41,625 nucleotides of DNA from an uncultured bacterium (GTDB taxonomy: Bacteria > Hydrogenedentota > Hydrogenedentia > Hydrogenedentales > JAEUWI01), in assembly GCA_963977445.1 (NCBI GenBank), contig CAXBPH010000023.1, positions 1 through 41,625 on the forward strand. The letters are read 5' to 3'. The position numbers and the translations under genes are program-made. Within the stretch, counting starts at the first letter, position 1. Each line of letters starts with the position of its first letter. The notes below the pieces were generated by a model, which saw only the letters and a program-made list of their open reading frames with translations, made no database searches and was not told the origin of the DNA. Of this stretch, positions 28,666-41,625 are shown piece by piece.

Positions 28666-30380
28666 TGACGTTACGAACTGGTTTATGTTTCTGGATAGTC
28701 GCTTTACTGGCGGGGGCGCACTCGGCGGTGGCGACGCCCATGCCTTTCCAGCGTGAATCTCCATTGCAACGCTATTCCTGGCACCTTAAGGATGGGAAAC
28801 CTTTCCAGGTCGGTATAGAGTCCGACAACTATCTCTCCCTCATCAACGATGGCTATGATGCCTTCCTGTTACGGGTGCACCTGATTCGGAATGCCGAATT
28901 CAGCATCGATATCCAGACCTTTATACTCGCCAATGACGAATGCGGACAGTTTCTCACCCAGGAACTCATCCAGGCCGCCCGGCGTGGCGTCAAGGTGCGG
29001 ATGCTGGTGGACCATTTCATGTCCTCCCGCGATCGGAAATGGGTTGCCTACCTGGCCTCCGTTCATCCCAATTTTGAACTCCGCTACTATCGGCCACCTA
29101 CCGGGCAGATTGACCCCTCAAAAATTGCTCTGCTGGTACACAGCATCGTCTTTTTTCAGCAGACCAACCAACGGATGCACAACAAGATTATGATTGTCGA
29201 TGACGCTATCGCCGTCACCGGTGGGCGCAACATCGACAACCACTATTACAACAACAGCCTGACCTACAATTTTGTCGACCTCGACGCCCTGGTCCTGGGG
29301 CCGATTATTGGACCCATGGAAAGCTCCTTCGATGAATTCTGGCGCTATCGCCGTTCTATTCCTGCGGAAGATCTGGGGGATGTGTCGTCAATCATACGGA
29401 GACGGGTCGACCTCGATAGCGAAGAGTTTATGCCCGTTTCTCCCTATTTTGAGCGGATAAACCGGGATGCAGATGATCCTGCGGAAATTCAAAAGCGTTT
29501 TGTGGATACCCTGGCCCCCGTGCAGCGGCTTCGTTTTCTCGCCGACAAACCGGGAAAGAATAGCCTCATCGGATTCTGGGGTGGCGGCAAGGCTACCCGA
29601 CAGTTGCAGCGGGCCATTCGTCGCTCTGAAGAAGAGTTGCTCATGCAGAGCCCCTACCTCATCCTGAACGGTTCGGGACGACGCCACTTCCGCAAGATGC
29701 GGCGGCAGCATCCGGAGATGGAGATCACCGTATCGACCAACAGTTTTGCGGCCACCGACAATACCCTGGCCTATTCGGCAAACTATAAACTGCGCAACGC
29801 CTATATCGAAATGATCGATATGAATATTTTTGAGTATATGCCTCATCCCAGAGAACTGCCCGATTATCTGCCAAACCATGTGGAATTGGCCGATGCGGCA
29901 CGGGCGGCGGGATTCGAGAACGAGCCCTTTCTCTGTATCCATGCCAAGACCTTTGTCGTCGACAATGAGATTGGCTACGTGGGGTCCTACAACATCGACC
30001 CGCGCTCCCGAAACCTCAACACGGAAGTCGGGTTGCTCATCGAAGACCCCAGTGTTGTCGCTCAATTGCGAAACATTATTCTGGGCCGTACCCGGCCGGA
30101 GAATAGTTGGGTTATCGCCAGAAAAGAGCTGGCCCTTTCTGAGGTGAACTTTCTGGTGGAAGGCCTCTTTGGCCTGAGCCCCGTCGACCTCTGGCCCATC
30201 CGCAGCACGAGCAGTTTCGAACTCATACCCGGCAAAGAGGCCGTTCACACCGACCACCCGGATTTCTACATGAATTACAAAGACGTAGGCAGCTTTCCGG
30301 GTGCCGAGCCGGGTTCCGTGAAGCAATTGACCACCAGCCTTTACAAGATGTTCAACACGCTGGCTATTCCGATTCTTTAG
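28665..30380 (+). CDS. Phospholipase D family protein (cardiolipin synthase ClsC-like), exported
   Basis: Two HKD motifs RMHNKIMIVD and IHAKTFVVD; GGRNI, GSYNIDPRSRNLNTE; signal peptide. Confidence 0.92.
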   Translation: MTLRTGLCFWIVALLAGAHSAVATPMPFQRESPLQRYSWHLKDGKPFQVGIESDNYLSLINDGYDAFLLRVHLIRNAEFSIDIQTFILANDECGQFLTQELIQAARRGVKVRMLVDHFMSSRDRKWVAYLASVHPNFELRYYRPPTGQIDPSKIALLVHSIVFFQQTNQRMHNKIMIVDDAIAVTGGRNIDNHYYNNSLTYNFVDLDALVLGPIIGPMESSFDEFWRYRRSIPAEDLGDVSSIIRRRVDLDSEEFMPVSPYFERINRDADDPAEIQKRFVDTLAPVQRLRFLADKPGKNSLIGFWGGGKATRQLQRAIRRSEEELLMQSPYLILNGSGRRHFRKMRRQHPEMEITVSTNSFAATDNTLAYSANYKLRNAYIEMIDMNIFEYMPHPRELPDYLPNHVELADAARAAGFENEPFLCIHAKTFVVDNEIGYVGSYNIDPRSRNLNTEVGLLIEDPSVVAQLRNIILGRTRPENSWVIARKELALSEVNFLVEGLFGLSPVDLWPIRSTSSFELIPGKEAVHTDHPDFYMNYKDVGSFPGAEPGSVKQLTTSLYKMFNTLAIPIL

Positions 30381-30569
30381 AGATCGTTTTTTTTTGGGGG
30401 GGGTGTATCCGATGCGGGCGCACCCCCAAAGGCCATGTTTTCCCTATTCTTGGCTCTCTTTACAATAGTGGGAAATTAACGTTATCCTCGGGTAGAACGG
30501 TGGCCTCTTCACCCAGACTTGGGGTCAGCGTGTACCCACATCGTGTGCTGGGACACGTAGGCCATTCGG

Positions 30570-30934
30570 GTGATAGATAGGCACGTGGAGTACGCTCCAA
30601 TTTATCAACAGGCAGGCGCGACCGTAACCGATCAACGTGACATGGGTGTGATGGTGGTTACGGGGGGCGATACGGTGGATACCAACGCCGATCTTGGAAC
30701 GTCTTTCATCATTACCTATAATGCGACAGATGACACGGGAAGCACCGCCCTCGAGGTCACCATTGTCGTGACGATTCTTGCCATGGCAGTCGAAGGCGAA
30801 GTCCTCGGTGGTTGCAACGCGAAATCGTTGCTTTCTGTTCAGGTGGACAGATATCTGGGAGAGGTTTTATGATGGGAGTTTCTGTGTCGCTAATGCTCAC
30901 CACCGGGCGCGCAGGGCATGGTGGTCCTCGATAG
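30570..30934 (+). pseudogene. Remnant 3' end of a surface protein: DUF5011/HYR-like Ig domain plus broken C-terminal anchor
   Basis: AGATVTD..VVTGGDTVDT..IITYNATDDTGSTALEVT resembles DUF5011-type repeats; no signal peptide; EGE..GGC then a hydrophobic tail continuing only in the -1 frame (MMGVSVSLMLTTGR, stop 30934). Confidence 0.6.
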
Positions 30935-31137
30935 CTGGTCGAACCAATCGACTGAGTTTAGTGGCAATATGATAATTATGTACAATTGAAGTGCGTTGAA
31001 GTGGGGACTGGCCCCGCTCCGTAGATCGCTATAGCGCTGAGGGCGACATGGATCGGCGTCAGGTCAATAGATAGCGAGCGTTCAGCGGTCCGGTACCTGT
31101 AGTGCGGTAGTCGGAGGCCGTAGTGGAGAGGAATTAC

Positions 31138-31890
31138 ATGGGTTCGGTATCGGATGGGAACGGCAGAAATGTGTACGGTAGTCCGGCCTTTGTGACGACG
31201 CGGTGGAGCGTTGTACTAGCTGCGGGGGCGTCAGGGTCGCCGGACACCCAGCGAGCGTTGGCCATCCTGTGCGAGACGTACTGGCATCCTCTTTATAGCT
31301 TTGCACGCAAGCGGGGTTATTCGGTTGAGGATGCGAAGGATCTGACACAGGGCTTCTTTGCGCGATTTCTGGAGAAAAACGACGTACAGGATGCGAACCA
31401 GAATCGAGGTCGGTTTCGAAACTTCCTGCTGACCTCCTTCAAACATTTTGCGTCCAATGAACGGGATCGTTGGAATGCACAGAAGCGGGGCGGGCAAATC
31501 GAATTGTTGAACTTGGATGTTGTCCTCGCGGAGGGGAAGTTCAGCGCGGAGTTTGCCCAGGCGAAAACACCCGAGCAAGCCTATGAGAAGCAATGGGCGC
31601 TGACGCTGTTGGATGAGACAATCTCCAGTTTGTCTCGAGAATATGAAGCCGCCGGGAAATCGGTCTATTTTGACCATTTACAGATGTATTTACCGGGTGT
31701 TATTTCGACCCGCACTTATAGAGAAACGGCAGAATTATTGGCGACGGAGGAAGCGAGTATAAGGGTCGCAGTCCATCGTCTCCGAGGGCGCTATGGGAAA
31801 CTATTTCGCCAACGAATTGCGGACACCCTCGAAAATACCGATGACATCGAGGAGGAAATTCGTTATCTTTTAGGTGTCTTGGGTGATTAA
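31138..31890 (+). CDS. ECF sigma-70 factor of the Ser/Thr-kinase-associated type
   Basis: FVTTRWSVV, YWHPLY, EDAKDLTQGFF, RGRFRNFL, TYRETA..L..IRVAVHRLRGRY; RBS GGAGAGGA; kinase downstream, no anti-sigma gene nearby. Confidence 0.92.
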   Translation: MGSVSDGNGRNVYGSPAFVTTRWSVVLAAGASGSPDTQRALAILCETYWHPLYSFARKRGYSVEDAKDLTQGFFARFLEKNDVQDANQNRGRFRNFLLTSFKHFASNERDRWNAQKRGGQIELLNLDVVLAEGKFSAEFAQAKTPEQAYEKQWALTLLDETISSLSREYEAAGKSVYFDHLQMYLPGVISTRTYRETAELLATEEASIRVAVHRLRGRYGKLFRQRIADTLENTDDIEEEIRYLLGVLGD

Positions 31891-31914
31891 ATCGTTGCAG
31901 ATGAATGTCTGATG

Positions 31915-31942
31915 GTAACCTTTGGGCTCCGTTTCCTTCATT
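31915..31942 (+). promoter_or_regulatory. Putative ECF promoter, copy 1 (upstream of kinase)
   Basis: GTAACC (31915-31920), 16 nt, TTCATT (31937-31942): GTAACCTTTGGGCTCCGTTTCCTTCATT. Confidence 0.75.
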
Positions 31943-31981
31943 GTTATAAAAAGGAAGTGCTTCGCTTGAAAGGACCAGTTC

Positions 31982-34900
31982 ATGAACGATGAGAAAGTCT
32001 GTCCGACTTGTGGATCGGCGTTGCGGTCAGCGGCGAGCGGTAGTCAATGTCCTCGATGTATGATCGCGGCGGTGCTTTTGCCGCGTGATACCATGTCCAA
32101 TAGTGAAATCGATTGCGACGAGGAACCCATCGCGGAGATCACCTCAGCGGGCAATCGTATGTCGGGTGTTTGGGAGGCACCCGGTCGCTATGAAACGATA
32201 AGTGAACAGGGCCGAGGCGGCATGGGACACGTGCTGTTGGTCCATGACGCGTTTCTTGGTCGAGATGTGGCGCTGAAGGAATTGATTTCCGACTCGGAAA
32301 AACAGGGAGCGAATGCGTCCATCCCTGTCGGCAGCTCTGTGGGGATTCTCTCACGATTTTTGCGGGAGGCCCGTATAACAGGGCAGCTCGAACATCCGTC
32401 TATCGTTCCCGTTTACGAGGTTGGGCACCGTCAGGACGGTACGATTTACTACACGATGCGCTTCGTGCGGGGGAAAACGCTGCGCGCGGCGATGGCGTCG
32501 TGTCAGAGTCTGGAAGAACGTCTGACACTACTCCCGCACTTTGTCGATCTTTGCCAGGCTATCGCCTATGCCCACAGTCGGGGGGTTATCCACCGTGATG
32601 TGAAGCCCGAAAACATCATGGTAGGGGAATTTGGTGAGACCGTTGTTCTCGATTGGGGCCTGGCCAAGGAACGGGGGCATTGTGAAAATGATGACAGTCA
32701 CGTTGGAGAAGCATTTCGGGGCTTGGTCGGTATCCGGGATGATGCGGTAGCAGAGACACAGTATGGTCAGGTAATTGGCACCCCGGCCTACATGGCACCA
32801 GAACAGGCACGGGGCGACTTGAATGCCGTCGATGAGAAAAGCGATGTCTATTCTTTGGGCGTGGTGCTCTACGAGATACTTTCGGGGCGCTTACCTTATG
32901 AAGCGAAGACGGCATCGGAGCTACTAAGGCAGGTTATTGCAGGCTCACCGTCCCGAATTGATTCGTACGATAAGAGTATTCCACGAGCATTGGGAGCGAT
33001 CGCAGCCAGAGCGATGAATGTTGAGAAGGATAAGCGTTTCGACACAGTGATAGCGCTGGCGGCAGAAGTGCAGCGTTTTCAGGCCGGGGCCCTGGTTGAG
33101 ACGCACCGTTACACGCTTGCCGACTATACTCGCTTTGTTTGGAATCGCCATCGCACCCTTATCCTGATGGGTGCGGGCACGTTGCTCTTTGTGACCTCTA
33201 TTGTCGGGGTCTACACAAATCGGTTGGCAGAGAAAAACCGGGAACTTGCCAAAACCAGCGAAGTAGCCGTAGCGGCCCAGGCGGAAGCAGAGAAGGCCAG
33301 AGAGCAGGAAGTCGCAGAACGTGTGCATGCAGAAAAGGCGTCCTATATCGCTAGCATTCGACTGGCCCAAGGGCATATCGAGCGGGGTGAGGCCCGGTTG
33401 GCCCGAACTCGGCTCATGGAACAGCCCGCAGCGTATCGCAATTGGGAGTGGGGCTATCTCTACCAGTCGCTGGACGCATCCCTTTACACCATGGACACTG
33501 CTGCGTGGATTTACGATGCCATTCTGAGCCCCTATGGCGACCAGTTGTTGACCATGGCAAGCGATGGTACCGGGAGCATCTGGGACACGACAGATGGTAC
33601 TCGTATTTTTACGGTATATCTCATGGCAGTACCCCACTTATACGGTACCTTCAGTCCCGACGGAAGTCGGGTCACCACCATTATGGCGGACCATTCCCTT
33701 CAAGAGTGGGACGTGGCGACGGGGGCGCAACGACAGGCCTATACTGGTCACAGTGATCGTGTGCTTTTTGTGGCGTACAGTCCAGACGGCTCTATGATCG
33801 CCTCCGGGTCTGTAGGTGGGACGGTCAACCTGTGGGATACCCATCCGGGTCAGGTTCTGTTCAGCTCCCAGGCCCACGGGGACAGTGTTAACAAGATTAC
33901 CTTCAGTCCCGATGGGAGCCGTTTTGTATCGGTATCGAATGACCATCTTGCAAAGGTTTGGGATACTAGATCAGGTGAATTATTGTATACCCTGTCTGAG
34001 CACACGGATGTGGTGGTAGACGTCGCCTACGCTCCCGATGGAAAGCATTTTGTCACCGCATCGTACGATTCGACCGCACGGATTTGGGACAGTCAATCCG
34101 GAGCTTTGATTCGAAGTCTGGTGGGGCATGCGGGGCGTCTTCAAGGTGCCAAATATAGTCCAGACGGCAATTCATTGCTAACCTTTGGCAATGACGATAT
34201 TGCAATTTTGTGGGATGTCCAATCCGGGGTGAAACTTCACACCTTTGTAGGTCATATGGGCGTAGTGAGTGATGCCTCGTTCAGTCCCGACGGAACCCTG
34301 ATTGTTTCGGCAGCCTGGGATGGTGCAACTCGGCTGTGGGACGCTGTCTCAGGCACCCCGGTTGCAACCCTTGTTGGCCACGAGGAAGCGGTGGCCCGAT
34401 CGGTGTTTAACCCGAAAGGGGATCGCATTTTGACTGCATCCCATGATCGGACCGCGAAGATATGGGAGGTGCCCTCTCGTGATGAATCGGCGAGGTCATC
34501 AACGCCCAGCATGACGATACTTCGTGGGCACAACTCTGGTGTGATCGGCGCGTCCTTCAGTCCCGAGGGTGATCGCATAGTTACCAATTCTGACGACGGG
34601 ACGGCACGGGTTTGGGGTGTGGATTCCGAGTTCCCACTTTTGACGTTAGGCGGGTATTCCGATCCAGTTTACGTGGCCAATTTCAGCCCCGATGGGAAAC
34701 GAATCGTAACCACGTCCAAAGGCCACGGCGCAGCAATTTGGAATTCCAGCACCGGGGAAGCGTTGTTCGCCTTAGATAGTCCTGAGACCGAGTTGGTGGG
34801 AGCGACATTCAGTCCCGACGGCACCCGAATACTTACGGGGTCGGAAGACGGGCAGGTGATGGAGTGGGACGGAGAAACAGGACGGGCCTTGCGCGCCAAT

Positions 34901-35836
34901 CCAATCGAGACCACCGGGGAGGCGTCCGTTGTATACAGTCCCGATGGCACGCGTTTTGTGATGATGGCGATACACGGCGAAGCGGCACTTTGGGACGCCG
35001 CCACGGGAGAAAAAATATTTACCTTATCGGGTCATCCGCTGGGGGTTTTGGGCGCGTCCTTCAGTCCCGATGGTTCACGTATCGTCTCAACGGGTTGGGA
35101 AAAAAATGCCATCGTTTGTGATGCCCGCTCGGGAGCATATCTATTCGCTTTGGAGGGCCACACGGCCGCCGTCCGCTCCGCCGAATACAGCCCCGATGGT
35201 ACCCGTATTGTTACAAGTTCGTGGGATAAACTGGCAAAAATATGGGATGGGGAGACCGGAAAGGAATTGCTGTCGCTTCGGGGGCATGACGCATATCTCT
35301 GGACGGCGAAATTCAGCCCCGATGGCAGCCACATTGTCACCGCCTCTAACGATGGAACGGCGAGAATCTGGAATACCGCGCCGTGGAATCCCGATGCCTG
35401 GATGGATGCTACGGATCGCGCGCTAATGATTCCCCTGGCGCTCCGCCGCTCGGCGAAGGTTTCAATCGGGGAAAAGCTACAGCGGGATACCCCCGAGTTT
35501 GCCGCTGCGGTCAAAACGGTAGAAGCGCTGCGGGATCGAGTCGCCAACCTGAAGCCCGATTCGGCCGAAAAGGGGATCGCCTGGGTCGGGGATCGGGGCT
35601 TGTATCTTTCGGACTCCGCCACGCTGGCTGCCCTCGGTGCCCAATCCGCCGAGGATGGCGATGTAATACTCCAAATCAATGGGCAGCAATGCTATTCTCC
35701 CGCCAGGATGGTGACCCTGTTGGAAGACTTTCTTTCCTTCTTAGCCGACTATCCGACGCAATCCCACCATCTTCGAATTGATGTCGTAAATCGATACGAG
35801 CACAAGGGCTACGACATTGAATATCAAGGGTATTAG
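31982..35836 (+). CDS. Membrane Ser/Thr protein kinase with N-terminal CxxC pair, 15 WD40 repeats and PDZ-like C-terminus
   Basis: CPTC..CPRC; GRGGMG, VALK, HRDVKPEN, DWG, GTPAYMAPEQ; TM LILMGAGTLLFVTSIVGVY; repeated GH..FSPDG..WD; GDVILQINGQ. Confidence 0.95.
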   Translation: MNDEKVCPTCGSALRSAASGSQCPRCMIAAVLLPRDTMSNSEIDCDEEPIAEITSAGNRMSGVWEAPGRYETISEQGRGGMGHVLLVHDAFLGRDVALKELISDSEKQGANASIPVGSSVGILSRFLREARITGQLEHPSIVPVYEVGHRQDGTIYYTMRFVRGKTLRAAMASCQSLEERLTLLPHFVDLCQAIAYAHSRGVIHRDVKPENIMVGEFGETVVLDWGLAKERGHCENDDSHVGEAFRGLVGIRDDAVAETQYGQVIGTPAYMAPEQARGDLNAVDEKSDVYSLGVVLYEILSGRLPYEAKTASELLRQVIAGSPSRIDSYDKSIPRALGAIAARAMNVEKDKRFDTVIALAAEVQRFQAGALVETHRYTLADYTRFVWNRHRTLILMGAGTLLFVTSIVGVYTNRLAEKNRELAKTSEVAVAAQAEAEKAREQEVAERVHAEKASYIASIRLAQGHIERGEARLARTRLMEQPAAYRNWEWGYLYQSLDASLYTMDTAAWIYDAILSPYGDQLLTMASDGTGSIWDTTDGTRIFTVYLMAVPHLYGTFSPDGSRVTTIMADHSLQEWDVATGAQRQAYTGHSDRVLFVAYSPDGSMIASGSVGGTVNLWDTHPGQVLFSSQAHGDSVNKITFSPDGSRFVSVSNDHLAKVWDTRSGELLYTLSEHTDVVVDVAYAPDGKHFVTASYDSTARIWDSQSGALIRSLVGHAGRLQGAKYSPDGNSLLTFGNDDIAILWDVQSGVKLHTFVGHMGVVSDASFSPDGTLIVSAAWDGATRLWDAVSGTPVATLVGHEEAVARSVFNPKGDRILTASHDRTAKIWEVPSRDESARSSTPSMTILRGHNSGVIGASFSPEGDRIVTNSDDGTARVWGVDSEFPLLTLGGYSDPVYVANFSPDGKRIVTTSKGHGAAIWNSSTGEALFALDSPETELVGATFSPDGTRILTGSEDGQVMEWDGETGRALRANPIETTGEASVVYSPDGTRFVMMAIHGEAALWDAATGEKIFTLSGHPLGVLGASFSPDGSRIVSTGWEKNAIVCDARSGAYLFALEGHTAAVRSAEYSPDGTRIVTSSWDKLAKIWDGETGKELLSLRGHDAYLWTAKFSPDGSHIVTASNDGTARIWNTAPWNPDAWMDATDRALMIPLALRRSAKVSIGEKLQRDTPEFAAAVKTVEALRDRVANLKPDSAEKGIAWVGDRGLYLSDSATLAALGAQSAEDGDVILQINGQQCYSPARMVTLLEDFLSFLADYPTQSHHLRIDVVNRYEHKGYDIEYQGY

Positions 35837-35994
35837 TGGATTGACTCAAGCCGGTGGGTCTTTAAGTCGCTGCGACATTCTTGCCTGATTCTCTAAAATA
35901 CTCCCATTCTTGGAAGAGGACTTCCGAAATATCAACGGGGCGAGCTACCTTGCATTTTCTCTATCGGTGAACCAGATGGCTCAACAGGGACTTC

Positions 35995-36035
35995 GGGTGC
36001 CACGGGCAAGCCCTGAGGGCTTGCCCGTGGCACCC
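35995..36035. repeat. 41-bp perfect palindrome (REP-like hairpin, possible terminator)
   Basis: GGGTGCCACGGGCAAGCCCT-G-AGGGCTTGCCCGTGGCACCC. Confidence 0.8.
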
Positions 36036-36091
36036 AGACAGATTTCTTTTGGTACTAAGGCCAACTGAGTGATTTAAATTGTTTTTGGAAG

Positions 36092-36167
36092 CTCCCGGAG
36101 GGGTCGGGGGTGGGTCAAGTTACGAAAAATGTCTCGAACCCACCCCTGACCCCTTCCAGGAGGGGAA
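36092..36167. repeat. Inverted REP-like doublet (G-rich/C-rich type)
   Basis: CTCCCGGAGGGGTCGGGGGTGGGT (36092-36115) and ACCCACCCCTGACCCCTTCCAGGAGGGGAA (36138-36167). Confidence 0.7.
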
Positions 36168-36358
36168 TTGTCCGGTAGGCCAGTTGAACGAGGCTGACAG
36201 CATAAAATCACCTAACTTTCAATCAATCCACTCAGTCCTCCAGTTCCCGCTGTCTGTTCGCGGCTCGTTCAATCGGATTTGGCGTCACGGGGCGAATATT
36301 CCGGATCTAATTCGATTAATACGCTGGGTGAGCCATTTTGCCCCCCCTAATCCGCGAA

Positions 36359-36425
36359 GCGTGCAGCCCAAGGCAATATTTTTCCCAATCGCCCTGTAAC
36401 CTTTGCCCACGTTTTCCTTCATTTA
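36359..36425 (+). promoter_or_regulatory. 67-bp direct repeat A containing putative ECF promoter copy 2
   Basis: 66/67 identical to 37596-37662; GTAACC (36396-36401), 16 nt, TTCATT (36418-36423). Confidence 0.8.
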
Positions 36426-36563
36426 TAGGTAGAGCGAATTGGGTTGGTGACGATTCTATGCGGATTCCTTTCACGTGGCGCGTGAATTACACGTTTGTAG
36501 TGAAATTGTAGTGATTTTGGTTTTGTGGTGGCAGTCGTATTCAATCATGTATGAGGTATACCT

Positions 36564-37403
36564 ATGAGAAAATCCATATTTACGTTGGCCACGATGGTAA
36601 TTGCCCTCGGGTCGTTAAACGCCCACGCAGTAACAGTCAATTACAACGATTTCAGTTCTACGGCAGGCCTTACGCTCAATGGCTCGGCTGGTGTAGTGAA
36701 TACCTCGGATGGGGATGTAATGCGACTGACCCCTGCGGTGGTCGGTAGAAATGGAAGCATATTCAGTTCTGTCGCCATCAATGCCAGCACCTTCAGTACC
36801 TTCTTTACGTTTCGAATTACAGAGCCGGGAGGCGTCCTGTTTGACGGTAACATGGAGTCCGGCGCTGATGGGATAGTTTTCGTGGTACAGTCCGTTTCAA
36901 ATAGCATCGGCGGCCTAGGGCAGGGCATCGGCTACTCAGGCATCGGATCCAGTGTCGGCGTAGAGTTTGATACGTGGCACAATTCAGTCTACGGCGATCC
37001 AGACTCAAACCATCTCGGCATTGACACCAACGGTAATATGAATTCATTGGCGACGACCAGCCTTTCGACGCGTTTTGACGACGGCAATTTGTGGTATGCC
37101 TGGGTCGACTACGATGGGAGCACGCTGGAAGTACGAACGAATCAAACCGGAATTCGCCCCGTGGATGTTACGTTGAGCCAAAACCTCGATATTGTGGCCT
37201 TGCTCGGCCAGACTACCGCCTACGTAGGATTTACTTCCGCTACGGGCTCCGACTGGGGCAACCACGACATTGTGAGCTGGGAATACCGCGGTGAGTTTGA
37301 CCCTGTGGGATTGCCCATTCCTGAGCCATCATCCATGACACTTATGAGTTTGGGAATGGCCGGTATGTTGTTTCGTCGCGTGCGCAACAGAGATCGCACC
37401 TGA
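36564..37403 (+). CDS. L-type (legume) lectin domain protein with PEP-CTERM sorting signal
   Basis: Signal peptide; LTLNGSA, GADGIVFVVQ, VGVEFDTW, NHLGID, AYVGFTSATG; C-terminal IPEPSSMTLMSLGMAGMLFRRVRNR. Confidence 0.92.
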   Translation: MRKSIFTLATMVIALGSLNAHAVTVNYNDFSSTAGLTLNGSAGVVNTSDGDVMRLTPAVVGRNGSIFSSVAINASTFSTFFTFRITEPGGVLFDGNMESGADGIVFVVQSVSNSIGGLGQGIGYSGIGSSVGVEFDTWHNSVYGDPDSNHLGIDTNGNMNSLATTSLSTRFDDGNLWYAWVDYDGSTLEVRTNQTGIRPVDVTLSQNLDIVALLGQTTAYVGFTSATGSDWGNHDIVSWEYRGEFDPVGLPIPEPSSMTLMSLGMAGMLFRRVRNRDRT

Positions 37404-37595
37404 GACGCCTCACATGATTCGATCCAGGTGATGAATCCAACAATGAAGATCATTAAACCTGGTCCATCCATAATGTTACGTCACGATTTTGGGAGGAGCC
37501 GTCATGGTACCGAGGCTGTATGCTTCGTGGTGTGAGAGGGGGAAAGGAACAAATCCTCCCTACTCGACTGATACGCATCCCTGAACCCGTGGTGT

Positions 37596-37662
37596 GCGTG
37601 CAGCCCAAGGCAATATTTTTTCCAATCGCCCTGTAACCTTTGCCCACGTTTTCCTTCATTTA
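37596..37662 (+). promoter_or_regulatory. 67-bp direct repeat B containing putative ECF promoter copy 3
   Basis: 66/67 identical to 36359-36425; GTAACC (37633-37638), 16 nt, TTCATT (37655-37660). Confidence 0.8.
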
Positions 37663-37763
37663 ACAGTAGGGCATAGATAAGAGTGCTGGGAGGTCAGCGG
37701 CACCAAGTGCTCTAGAACGGTCAGGAATTACGCATTGAAATCTGCTTATAAAAGGGAATCTCC

Positions 37764-41625
<3,862 letters not shown>

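Noticed and set aside
19553..30326. Long minus-strand ORFs (19553-20707, 22578-23471, 26153-27127, 26967-27875, 29388-30326)
   Set aside because: Shadows of well-supported plus-strand genes.
30387..30430. T9G8 plus hairpin as PLD terminator or phase-variable tract
   Set aside because: T run precedes rather than follows the hairpin, and the tract is not in a CDS or recognisable promoter.
31982..35836. Kinase-WD40 as an NLR-like or anti-phage defence protein
   Set aside because: No NACHT/STAND ATPase or effector domain; TM segment and adjacent ECF sigma point to signalling.
36079..36399. 106-aa ORF
   Set aside because: Overlaps REP-like repeats and the promoter repeat; TTG start, no motifs.
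36359..37662. Direct repeats as CRISPR array or att sites
   Set aside because: Only two copies 1.2 kb apart, no cas or integrase gene; each contains a promoter-like motif also found alone at 31915.

Overview
GC-rich bacterial window; long (Gly-Glu)n linkers and the DUF1559 signature [16 protein letters not shown] suggest Candidatus Hydrogenedentota (inference). Left part: DUF1559 prepilin-like gene, purU, M48 lipoprotein peptidase, a minus-strand trio of exported amide/peptide hydrolases, rlmD-like methyltransferase, secreted thermonuclease, and a membrane protein/PHP hydrolase pair bracketed by two 174-bp REPIN-like elements. Middle (14.2-28.6 kb): an 8-gene TPR-metallopeptidase / DUF4159 / MoxR / DUF58 / BatA-vWA / coiled-coil / vWA-GATase-like (frameshifted) / caspase-fold operon, then a probably leaderless phospholipase D. 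Right part (30.4 kb to end): a decayed Ig-domain gene, an ECF sigma factor with a Ser/Thr kinase (15 WD40 repeats), a PEP-CTERM L-type lectin, and a >1280-aa surface protein missing from the ORF track. Best lead: the motif GTAACCTTTG-N10-CCTTCATT occurs three times, upstream of the kinase, the lectin and the giant surface protein, suggesting a self-contained kinase-linked ECF regulon for surface proteins. All family calls are from motif recognition by eye; no searches were run.
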